A DNA stretch of 54,773 bases from positions 1 through 54,773 of the forward strand of contig JAEOTM010000196.1 of the NCBI GenBank assembly GCA_016839815.1. The letters are read 5' to 3'. The notes below the pieces were generated by a model, which saw nothing but the letters and a program-made list of their open reading frames with translations, ran no database searches and was not told where the DNA came from. The stretch is from Candidatus Hodarchaeota archaeon (lineage in GTDB: Archaea; Asgardarchaeota; Heimdallarchaeia; Hodarchaeales; Hodarchaeaceae). The position numbers were made by a program, and so were the translations under genes. Below, in pieces: positions 29,477-38,258 of this stretch. Position 1 is the first letter of the stretch. The number at the start of each line of letters is the position of its first letter.

Positions 29477-31083
29477 ATAAATGGATGAATATTAATGGGA
29501 GACGAGTTGTGTACGAAGAAGGTGAAACTGTACTTGAAGTTGCCACCAAAGCGGGAATTTACATCCCAACACTCTGTGCTAGGCCTGATCTCCCTTCATT
29601 TGGTGCCTGCAGACTTTGTATTATTGATGTAGAAGGAGCTCGTACCTATCCTAATTCCTGTACTCTACCAGCCAGAGAGGGTATGGTTGTAAGAACAGCA
29701 ACTCCAGATCTCCAAGCTGTTCGTCGAAATATATTCCAGTTAATCCTAGCGGAACATCCGAGCTATTGCATTATCTGTAAGGAACACGATGAGTGTGAAA
29801 AAGTCCGGCATGGTGAATATAAAGCTGGACGAGTTATTGGTTGTTTTACCTGTAGTAACAAAGAAATTTGTGAAATTCGTGAAATTTCTGAATATCTGAG
29901 GATAAAAGAAATTCGCTATCCAATGTTATACAAAAATATCCCCTTAGAACGTAATGATCCCTTCCTTGTGAGAGATTATAACCTTTGTATCCTGTGTGCA
30001 CGATGTGTACGTGCATGTCATGATGTTTTGGGATATAGTGCAATTGATTTGACAAAACGTGGACATGATACAAAGATAGGAACTATTCTAGAAGTTTCCC
30101 ATTTAGAAAGTGGATGTGTTTTTTGTGGTCATTGTATTGATGTATGCCCAACAGGTGCTCTCATCGCTCGTGGTTCAACATGGTTTGGTACTCCTGATAA
30201 ATCGGTCACGACTACTTGCAACCTTTGCTCACATGGCTGTCAAATGGTGATTGATGTAAAGTGGGAAAAAGTAGTAAATGTTCATCCTCCGTATGAGCTC
30301 TCAGCTCGACGTGAATACTGCGTAAAAGGACGATTCTGTATCCCGGCGTTATTAAATGGTCGTGATCGACTTAAATACCCAACTATCAAGCGAAAGATGA
30401 TAAAAGAGGAACATCATCCAGTTTCTTGGGATGAAGCAATCTCCCATACTGGCAGTCAATTGAAAAAATATAAACCCGAGGAAATTGGAGTAATCATTTC
30501 TCCCTCGTTAACTGATGAATCAGTATTTATGTTAACAAAGTTTGCTCAAAAAATCAGCGCCAACCCTCTCGTGTTTGAAGAGGAAGGTATCAGTCGTTTA
30601 CATTCTCAAGGAGTAAAAGCATTCGTGTCCACCTTTAGTTCACCCTTGTTTTCTAGACTTGAAGGATTAGAATTAGTCGTACTTCAAGATATTTACGAAT
30701 CACCAACTTCGGAATCTGCTGACGTTGTCTTACCCACGACAGTATTTACTGAGGAGAATGGGACGAAATCAGGGGAAGAATATATGAAATTCAACATCAA
30801 TAAAGCTGTAGAACCTCCAGGTGAAGCCATTCCTAGTTGGAGAATAATTATGCAAATAGCTCAGGCAATGGAGCTAGACGGTTTCAATTATAATACGATA
30901 GATGAACTACAGGACGAAATTATGAGTTCTAAACTCATAGAAATACCAAAAGTTCCAAAACAAAGTTTACAGTATATGGGAATACCTATTGCGGACAAAG
31001 TAGAGGAATTTCGACTATACATAACGACTAAACAGGCTATCAACCAATCGAATGGAAAAGGTGAAATCGATGTCCAAATTTAA
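29473..31083 (+). CDS. NuoG/HydA-N-like FeS subunit with truncated molybdopterin-oxidoreductase domain
   Basis: IPTLC, GACRLC, HPSYCIIC, CILCARC, CVFCGHC, CNLCSHGC...CVKG, ADVVLP; no H-cluster motifs; only 536 aa. Confidence 0.85.
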   Translation: MNKWMNINGRRVVYEEGETVLEVATKAGIYIPTLCARPDLPSFGACRLCIIDVEGARTYPNSCTLPAREGMVVRTATPDLQAVRRNIFQLILAEHPSYCIICKEHDECEKVRHGEYKAGRVIGCFTCSNKEICEIREISEYLRIKEIRYPMLYKNIPLERNDPFLVRDYNLCILCARCVRACHDVLGYSAIDLTKRGHDTKIGTILEVSHLESGCVFCGHCIDVCPTGALIARGSTWFGTPDKSVTTTCNLCSHGCQMVIDVKWEKVVNVHPPYELSARREYCVKGRFCIPALLNGRDRLKYPTIKRKMIKEEHHPVSWDEAISHTGSQLKKYKPEEIGVIISPSLTDESVFMLTKFAQKISANPLVFEEEGISRLHSQGVKAFVSTFSSPLFSRLEGLELVVLQDIYESPTSESADVVLPTTVFTEENGTKSGEEYMKFNINKAVEPPGEAIPSWRIIMQIAQAMELDGFNYNTIDELQDEIMSSKLIEIPKVPKQSLQYMGIPIADKVEEFRLYITTKQAINQSNGKGEIDVQI

Positions 31084-31960
31084 AATTTTAAATAAAGAAG
31101 AATTTGTACCAAATTTTTACAAACTAGAAATCATAGTTCCTGGGATTGCAAAAAAAGCAAAAGCAGGTCAATTTATTTTAGTGATGGTTGATGAGCATTC
31201 AGAGAAAATTCCTTTAACTTTGCTTGATTGGGACAAAGAGAAAGGAACAATTTCCTTCATTGTCCAAGAACTGGGATTATCTACTTCAAAGATGGCTTTC
31301 ATGGAAGAGGGCGACTCTTTCTATAGTATTGTTGGTCCGCTTGGAGAACCAGCATATTTGGATAACTTTGGTACAGTTGTATTAGGAGGAGGATGTTATG
31401 GGGTAGGTGCGGTTTTTCCCATTGCAAAAGAGCTAAAAGCACTTGGTAATTACGTTATAACCATAATTGAAGCCAAAAATGAAAATCTTCTGTACTACGA
31501 GGAAGAGTATAGAACAGTGAGTGATGAGGTAATTCTTGTCACTACTGACGGATCTAAAGGTGAGCGAGGACACATTTATGATGTTCTTGACAATATGATT
31601 GAGGTTCAAAATCGAAAGATCGATCATATTAAGGTAATTGGCTGTAATGTTATGATGAGTAAAGTTTCGAAGCTTACAAAAGAGAAAGGTGCTATTCCAA
31701 CTTATGCGACAGTTACCACAATAATGGTGGATGGAACAGGTATGTGTGGGAGTTGTCGTTTGTCATATGATGGAAAAACAAAGTTTGCGTGTGTGGATGG
31801 ACCAGAATTTGATGCCCATAAAATAGATTGGGAAGAATTAATACAAGTCCGTAACACATCCTATATTACAGATGAAACACTGGGCTTACAGAACTTTTCT
31901 CCCGAATGTCGATCTTTAGCTAAATTTCAGGAAAGAATAAAGGAAGAAGAAGCATCATGA
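31070..31960 (+). CDS. nfnA: NfnA/SudB small subunit of Nfn-type transhydrogenase (start ATG 31070)
   Basis: AGQF, EKIPLT, GPLG, MVDGTGMCGSCR, ACVDGPEFD; GGTGA upstream. Confidence 0.88.
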   Translation: MSKFKILNKEEFVPNFYKLEIIVPGIAKKAKAGQFILVMVDEHSEKIPLTLLDWDKEKGTISFIVQELGLSTSKMAFMEEGDSFYSIVGPLGEPAYLDNFGTVVLGGGCYGVGAVFPIAKELKALGNYVITIIEAKNENLLYYEEEYRTVSDEVILVTTDGSKGERGHIYDVLDNMIEVQNRKIDHIKVIGCNVMMSKVSKLTKEKGAIPTYATVTTIMVDGTGMCGSCRLSYDGKTKFACVDGPEFDAHKIDWEELIQVRNTSYITDETLGLQNFSPECRSLAKFQERIKEEEAS

Positions 31961-33690
31961 AATCTAAAGAGCGAATGCAAATTCCTTTTACAGATATGCC
32001 TACTCAACCTCCTCAGGTTCGGGCTAAAAATTTTCGTGAAGTTCCCTATGGTTATACTGAAGAGATGGCAATCCAAGAAGCAAATCGTTGTTTGAATTGT
32101 AAAAAACCAAAATGTGTAGAAGGATGTCCTGTTCGTGTTCCTATTCCCGAATTTATTTCTTTAGTACAGGAAGGTAAGTTTTTAGAGGCTGCATGGACAA
32201 TTAAAGAGAAGAATGTTCTACCTGCAGTTTGTGGCCGAGTTTGTCCTCAAGAAAGCCAATGTGAAGAAAAATGTATACGAAGTAAGAAAGGACGATCAGT
32301 AGGAATCGGTAATCTTGAGAGATTTGTAGCCGACTATGAAAGACTTAGTGGAAATATTCCAGAACCTACACGTGTGAGGAAAAATGGAAAAAAAGTCGCA
32401 ATTGTTGGGAGTGGCCCTTCGGGACTCACTACTGCTGGAGATTTAATACAACAGGGGTATGAAGTAACAGTCTATGAGGCTTTTCATCTCGGTGGGGGAG
32501 TTCTGGTATATGGTATCCCTGAGTTTAGATTGCCAAAATCAGTTGTTCAATATGAAATTCAGAATCTGGAGAATGCTGGGGTTAAATTTGTCTATGATTC
32601 CGTTATCGGGAGAATTAGAGGAATTGACGAATTGCTTTCCGAAGATGGGTATGATGCAGTTTATCTTGGAGTAGGAGCAGGTTTACCTGTATTTATGAAC
32701 ATACCAGGAGAAAATCTACAAGGAGTCTATTCAGCAAACGAATATTTAACACGTTCAAATCTCATGAAGGCATATCTTTTTCCTGATTATAACACGCCTA
32801 TCTTGACAGGAAAAAATGTTGTTGTTGTTGGGGGTGGAAATGTTGCAATGGACTCTGCAAGGACAGCATTGAGATTAGATGCTGATAATGTATATATTGT
32901 ATATCGTAGGTCAAGAGAGCAGATGCCTGCTAGATTAGAAGAAGTTCATCACGCAGAAGAGGAGGGAGTGCAATTTAAACTATTATCCAATCCAGTAGAA
33001 ATAATGGGTGACGAAAAAGGTCGAATTGAATCAATCAGATGTCAAAGATACCAGCTAGGTGAGCCTGATAAATCAGGTCGTGCCAGACCCGTTCCGATCG
33101 ATGGTGATTATTTTGTGCTAAATACAGATTTAATAATCATTGCGATAGGTAATAAAGCCAATCCCCTAATTACAATGACCACACCGGATTTAGAAGTTAA
33201 TAAGTGGGGAAATATTGTAACAGATGAATTAGGAAGGACAAGTAAACCATTTGTGTATGCTGGTGGGGATATAGTGACTGGTGCTGCTACTGTGATTTCA
33301 GCAATGGGTGCTGGTAGACGTGCTGCTACAGCTATTCATGAAGATCTCTTTCCCCCAACTGAGGAGCCTTCTGAGACCCTTAGTGTTCCTAAAGTTGCGT
33401 TAGAATTAAAACGCGCAACAATCTATCCTAATACTGTTTATTTAAGGCTTAATATTGTGAATTCATCTGAAAAAGAACTGGATCAGGTAAAAATACGAAT
33501 ATCACATGTTCATGAGTTCTTTGAAACAACCATGTTTGAGAAAACGATTCCACGCTGGTCTCCTGCTGAAGAACAAGAAATTGATTGTCCTCGTATAGAC
33601 CAAAACGAAAAAGAATATCTTCTTACAATAAATGATCTTCATGGTAAGATTCTATCAAAAATCATTATTGCTGAAGATGTTAAAAAATAA
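31957..33690 (+). CDS. nfnB: NfnB/SudA (GltD-like) large subunit with an extra ~110-aa C-terminal extension
   Basis: RCLNCKKPKCVEGCP, GRVCPQESQC, GSGPSG, YGIPEFRLP, GGGNVAMD, GGDIVTGAATVI; extension follows AIHEDLFPP. Confidence 0.9.
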   Translation: MKSKERMQIPFTDMPTQPPQVRAKNFREVPYGYTEEMAIQEANRCLNCKKPKCVEGCPVRVPIPEFISLVQEGKFLEAAWTIKEKNVLPAVCGRVCPQESQCEEKCIRSKKGRSVGIGNLERFVADYERLSGNIPEPTRVRKNGKKVAIVGSGPSGLTTAGDLIQQGYEVTVYEAFHLGGGVLVYGIPEFRLPKSVVQYEIQNLENAGVKFVYDSVIGRIRGIDELLSEDGYDAVYLGVGAGLPVFMNIPGENLQGVYSANEYLTRSNLMKAYLFPDYNTPILTGKNVVVVGGGNVAMDSARTALRLDADNVYIVYRRSREQMPARLEEVHHAEEEGVQFKLLSNPVEIMGDEKGRIESIRCQRYQLGEPDKSGRARPVPIDGDYFVLNTDLIIIAIGNKANPLITMTTPDLEVNKWGNIVTDELGRTSKPFVYAGGDIVTGAATVISAMGAGRRAATAIHEDLFPPTEEPSETLSVPKVALELKRATIYPNTVYLRLNIVNSSEKELDQVKIRISHVHEFFETTMFEKTIPRWSPAEEQEIDCPRIDQNEKEYLLTINDLHGKILSKIIIAEDVKK

Positions 33691-33699
33691 ATACCGAGT

Positions 33700-34098
33700 T
33701 TACCTTAGTTCAAGCGTATTGAATGCTGCGATAATGTCATGTGTGGTAATTATACCCACTAAATCATGAGTAGTCGGATCTTTTACTGGGATTCGTTTAA
33801 TCTTTTTTCGGTACATTGTAACAAGGGCATGTTCGATAGTATCATTCGGTGCGATTGTTATTAAACCCTTGGTTGCAATTTCCCTTGTTTGTACTTCACA
33901 CAAGTCTCTACAGTCGGTAATGACCTTTCGTACAATATCACGTTCTGTGATAATTCCAATAACAGTAGAATCTTCGTAGACTAAGACTGAACCAATATTT
34001 TTTTCCATCATTAATTCGGATGCATAAATTACGCTTTTATCACCACTGACAGTTATTAAACCTCTAGTCATTAAGTCTTTAACCTTTGTTACATTCAA
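33700..34098 (-). CDS. Stand-alone CBS-pair protein
   Basis: VKDLMT, IGSVLV, GIITERD, IKRIPV, GIITTHD. Confidence 0.9.
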   Translation of the reverse strand: MNVTKVKDLMTRGLITVSGDKSVIYASELMMEKNIGSVLVYEDSTVIGIITERDIVRKVITDCRDLCEVQTREIATKGLITIAPNDTIEHALVTMYRKKIKRIPVKDPTTHDLVGIITTHDIIAAFNTLELR

Positions 34099-34115
34099 TT
34101 TATATCCCCTTATCC

Positions 34116-35147
34116 TTAAATTCTCTTTATTTTCAAAGTTTCTTCTTCATCCTCAATTTTAAGTAAATATCGTATTCCGTCTTCCTTTTCAGGTGTGAAT
34201 TCAAATTTATTCACCTCATCTTGGTCCCATTGCTCAAATTTTCTTACCAACTTATCCTTTCCAAAAAAACCATGTGATTCATAAATACGGATAACGATAT
34301 TTTCTAAACTGAATGGAGATGTATTTTTCAATGAAATCGTTACTAATTCATCTCCCCGATTGATGGATACAATCTTGATTGTTTTCTGTTTTCCTCGTGC
34401 ATCTTCTTCATTAGTTTGACCAATAACCTTACCATCTTTACTTCTTGGGATGGCAAATCTTAATTTCTTTTTCGGGATTGTACTTACAGTAGAATCTTTA
34501 CTTCTATTAATTACAGTTTTTATTTTTCGTTTTTTTTCTTCCTGGAAAAATGGTTCAAGCTTGCTAAGGGGTGTATTTGGAGTTAATGATTGACAAATTT
34601 TAGTTAATTCTTCTTCGACTAACTTAACATTCTCTGGAGAGAAATCTTCACTTTCATTCCTTTTTGAAGATTCAAGCTGGTATCTCACAAGATAGCAGAG
34701 GTGAGTACTAAAATTCTCCTTTATTTGTTGATAAAATTCCTGTAAGATTTCCTGAGCAATAAAAGAGACTTCTGAAGGAGCTTTTACAATAAGAATGAAC
34801 CTCTCTTTTTGCCATTTCTTTGCTTTCATACCTGACCTTTGTTTCAGCCGTTGTGCATCACATTCGAAGAGAGTAGCTGAATATACTACACCACTAAGTT
34901 CAAGATCCATAGTAGAAAATTTTTCTGATTTAAGAAATTGTTCTTGATGCCACCATGCTGGATGAATTGCTAGAATGGCTATTTCATTTTCATTCGACAT
35001 GAGGATTTTTGGGTAAGTGAACAAGAGAGAATGACCCTGTAATTCATCATAAAAATAGATAAAAAAGCCAAAAGAGCGATCTTTAACCTGTAGATGAAAT
35101 GAATCAATAGGATTTGATTTCCCATTTGGCAAAGAAAAGGTCTCCAA
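34116..35147 (-). CDS. Longin/uDENN-like protein with C-terminal beta-rich domain (paralog B)
   Basis: FFIYFYDELQGHSLLFTYP N-terminal pattern; C-terminal domain shared with 35228-36196 and the NfnB tail. Confidence 0.65.
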   Translation of the reverse strand: METFSLPNGKSNPIDSFHLQVKDRSFGFFIYFYDELQGHSLLFTYPKILMSNENEIAILAIHPAWWHQEQFLKSEKFSTMDLELSGVVYSATLFECDAQRLKQRSGMKAKKWQKERFILIVKAPSEVSFIAQEILQEFYQQIKENFSTHLCYLVRYQLESSKRNESEDFSPENVKLVEEELTKICQSLTPNTPLSKLEPFFQEEKKRKIKTVINRSKDSTVSTIPKKKLRFAIPRSKDGKVIGQTNEEDARGKQKTIKIVSINRGDELVTISLKNTSPFSLENIVIRIYESHGFFGKDKLVRKFEQWDQDEVNKFEFTPEKEDGIRYLLKIEDEEETLKIKRI

Positions 35148-35227
35148 ATTTTTATGTAAATACCCAAATTCAAATTGATTAACTTTTCATTTCAAAATTT
35201 AGGATTTAATCTTTTCCTGTGGCTATT

Positions 35228-36196
35228 TTATAACTTTTTATCTGTAGGGACAATATCCAATGATTTAATTGCTATTGTTTGGTTTTTACTGGTAATTTTT
35301 ATCATATACCCTTCCAAATTTGTAGAGCGTGGGAATTCAAGAATTAAATCCTCTTTTAGAGGCCATTCCTCAAGATCTTGTTCCCATAAATTCTCACTGA
35401 AAAATTCTGTTTTCTTAGACACTTTAATTTTTACTTCTTCTAAGGTCTCTAATTGATTAACTAATATAACTAAAACTTCTTCACCACGTTCTTCGGTGTG
35501 CAAGATACGCATTGTAATTGGGTTTTTATATAAATTCTTTCTAGGAGACTCTTGTGAGAATGCGTGAATCGAAGATGATGAAATTGACAGATCTTGCGAG
35601 GCAAAAAATGGTTTAGTTTTAGATATCGTGTTACCTAGATTTTCCCACACAATAGTAAGGGCTTTTCCGATTTCATCTGCTTTACCTGTTAGTTCTAAGT
35701 ATTTGCGTCTTTTTGTGGGATTAAGTTTCAGGATTTGTCGTTTATACAGGAGTTCGATATCTGAGAGGTAGTTTTCTTGCAGATCGTCACGAAATTGGTC
35801 TAGGGAATCAGGATGAACAGAATCTCCATCTTTCCAAATCTTTAATACAATTCCAAATATGGGTTTTTCTACTGTGGTAGTCACATCTTGTTTATGGGAA
35901 TTTGAACCATGTAATTGAAGTGCAGAGTATACAAATTCAGAAATCTTGAGATCTATTCGCATAGGATTGTGTTCAACTTTCCAGATATAATGTGTTTTCA
36001 AAATATCATGTTCTTCAGAGCTTTTACGTAAATTTGTAGGGATAGAGTAAAGAATTTGGAGACCAAATGTTGTATCAAACGAACATAAATAAAATCCAAT
36101 CAAACTCGGAGAAAATGTATGAGACTTGGTTGTTTTTTCCAGCAATGTAGAATTCTTACTAAAAGGATCTAAATTCATTGTATTTGCTGCCATCAA
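35228..36196 (-). CDS. Longin/uDENN-like protein with C-terminal beta-rich domain (paralog A)
   Basis: GFYLCSFDTTFGLQILYSIP N-terminal pattern; IDLKISEFVYSA matches MDLELSGVVYSA in its neighbour. Confidence 0.65.
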   Translation of the reverse strand: MMAANTMNLDPFSKNSTLLEKTTKSHTFSPSLIGFYLCSFDTTFGLQILYSIPTNLRKSSEEHDILKTHYIWKVEHNPMRIDLKISEFVYSALQLHGSNSHKQDVTTTVEKPIFGIVLKIWKDGDSVHPDSLDQFRDDLQENYLSDIELLYKRQILKLNPTKRRKYLELTGKADEIGKALTIVWENLGNTISKTKPFFASQDLSISSSSIHAFSQESPRKNLYKNPITMRILHTEERGEEVLVILVNQLETLEEVKIKVSKKTEFFSENLWEQDLEEWPLKEDLILEFPRSTNLEGYMIKITSKNQTIAIKSLDIVPTDKKL

Positions 36197-36419
36197 GTGT
36201 TTGCATACAGAAAATTCAATCTGTCTGTTTGATTCTCTTCACGTTCTTTTTATGTTTCAACTAAAAAAATCTTAGTATATTCATGATTGTGAGGGAGAAT
36301 ATCAAATAAATACTTGATCATTAATCGCAATATTTGAACGACAATAACCTATATTCACTTAAATCGTAAAATTAAGACGAAATGTTTCATTAGATCAGGC
36401 ACAATCGGAGCAGAATCTG

Positions 36420-38252
36420 TTGGAATCAAAAATATGGGATGTCATATGCGTGGGAGGTGGCCCTGCCGGGCTTTCGTGTGCAATTCGGGCTGCAGAATTA
36501 GGAAGAAGTGTTCTTGTCCTTGAAGCTAGATCTGGATCGGCTACTGCAGGTAGTATGATGGTTGATGGTTATCCAGGTTTTTTTAGCATAACTCGTCAAG
36601 AATTACTGGATAAAATGGCCAGACAAGCGAAGTATCATGCTACAATCAGATATGCGGAGAAAGTAAGCCGACTAGAACTCGAAGGAAATATAAAACGGGT
36701 TTATTCAACGGTAGTACGGGGCGAATTTTTCTCTGAGGAGATTATGTACGAAGGTAAAACAGTATTAATTGCCACTGGATTACACCCGAAGAAACTTAAT
36801 GTTCCTGGAGAACGAAAATTCCGTTCTAAGGGAATTTATTATAATAATCCTCCAGAGGGGGAATATGAAGAAAAAAATGTTATCATCATTGGTCATAATT
36901 CATGGGCTGTTCGTAATGCTCTTCATTATGATTCAGTAGGAGCACATGTCAGCTTAATTACTGCTAGAAGCACCTTTGATGCTCATCCCGCCTTATTAAG
37001 AAGATTGAACGAGAGTTTTGTAGATATTCGTTTTGGACATGAAGTCATTTCATTTGAGGGTGAGTTAAAAGTTAAAAAAGTGAATTTGAAAAGTCCTGCA
37101 GGTGAGAAGGTTTCGATATTAACTGATATTGTAGTCATTCTAAGTAGTAAAATAAAAAATCGTGAATTATTCATGAATGCTGGCTTAGCCATTACACCTG
37201 AAGGAAAGATCATCATAAACTCAGCAAATCAGGATACTAATCTTTCTGGAGTATTTGCTGCGGGAAGTGCGATAAGAGGAGATTCTATTGTGGGTATTGA
37301 TGCAGCAGAAGGACAAACTGCGGCAATGCAGATTTCTCGACATCTTACCGATCTAGAAAAAGAAGAAAGTGTTTCACAACCAGAAAAATTAACGACTACA
37401 TTAGAACAAAGATTTGTTGAAGGTAAAAGTGTGATTTTGGAAAAGGTTGATCTCTCTACAGAAATAATCAAATGGGTCGTGGAGGCTCCTCGTATTGCAG
37501 AAAAATGTCAACCTGGACAATTTGTCATTATACGTATAAATGATTATGGTGAAAGAATTCCTCTAACAATTGCTGATTTTGATAGGGATGCAGGAACGAT
37601 TACCCTTATTTTTCAGAAAATAGGGAAGAGTACAAAACTAATGGGTAAATTAAAGACGGGAGATCATATTTTGAATTTACTCGGTCCGCTAGGTGCACCA
37701 GTGAAAATTGAAAAGTGGGGAACAGTTGCAGTATTAGGTGGAGGATGTGGAGTTGCACCTGTATTACCGAAAACAAAAGCGATGAGAGAAATTGGAAATT
37801 ATGTGGTAAGTATCATTTCCGCTCGAACAGGATCCCTCCTAATTTGCCAAGATGATATGAAAGAAGCCAGTGATGAATTACACATTGCTACAGATGACGG
37901 TACATTAGGTCACCACGGATTTGGACTGGATTTACTGCAAAAATTCATCAATGAAGGGAGAAAGTTCGATCATGTGGTAGCTGTAGGACCTATCCCTATG
38001 ATGAGGGCCGTTGTAAATTTCACAAAGAAGCATAATATTCCCACTATAGTGTCTTTAGCTCCCTTAATGGTGGATGGAACAGGAATGTGTGGAGCCTGTC
38101 GTGTTACTGTGGGGGGTAAAGTGAAGTTTGCATGTGTAGACGGACCAAACTTCGATGGATTAAAGGTTGATTTTGATGAATTAACTCTTCGGTCACGAGC
38201 ATATCGTTATGAGGAACGAATCTCACTAGAACATATGTCACGTACAAATTAA
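36420..38252 (+). CDS. Fusion of thioredoxin-reductase-like flavoprotein and NfnA/SudB
   Basis: GGGPAG, LIATG, GVFAAG (TrxB fold), then PGQF, ERIPLT, MVDGTGMCGACR, ACVDGP in one reading frame. Confidence 0.85.
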   Translation: MESKIWDVICVGGGPAGLSCAIRAAELGRSVLVLEARSGSATAGSMMVDGYPGFFSITRQELLDKMARQAKYHATIRYAEKVSRLELEGNIKRVYSTVVRGEFFSEEIMYEGKTVLIATGLHPKKLNVPGERKFRSKGIYYNNPPEGEYEEKNVIIIGHNSWAVRNALHYDSVGAHVSLITARSTFDAHPALLRRLNESFVDIRFGHEVISFEGELKVKKVNLKSPAGEKVSILTDIVVILSSKIKNRELFMNAGLAITPEGKIIINSANQDTNLSGVFAAGSAIRGDSIVGIDAAEGQTAAMQISRHLTDLEKEESVSQPEKLTTTLEQRFVEGKSVILEKVDLSTEIIKWVVEAPRIAEKCQPGQFVIIRINDYGERIPLTIADFDRDAGTITLIFQKIGKSTKLMGKLKTGDHILNLLGPLGAPVKIEKWGTVAVLGGGCGVAPVLPKTKAMREIGNYVVSIISARTGSLLICQDDMKEASDELHIATDDGTLGHHGFGLDLLQKFINEGRKFDHVVAVGPIPMMRAVVNFTKKHNIPTIVSLAPLMVDGTGMCGACRVTVGGKVKFACVDGPNFDGLKVDFDELTLRSRAYRYEERISLEHMSRTN

Positions 38253-38258
38253 GGAGTC

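Noticed and set aside
29473-31083. [FeFe]-hydrogenase or selenocysteine formate dehydrogenase catalytic subunit
   Set aside because: No H-cluster motifs, no catalytic Cys/Sec region, and the ORF ends in TAA overlapping nfnA, so there is no UGA read-through.
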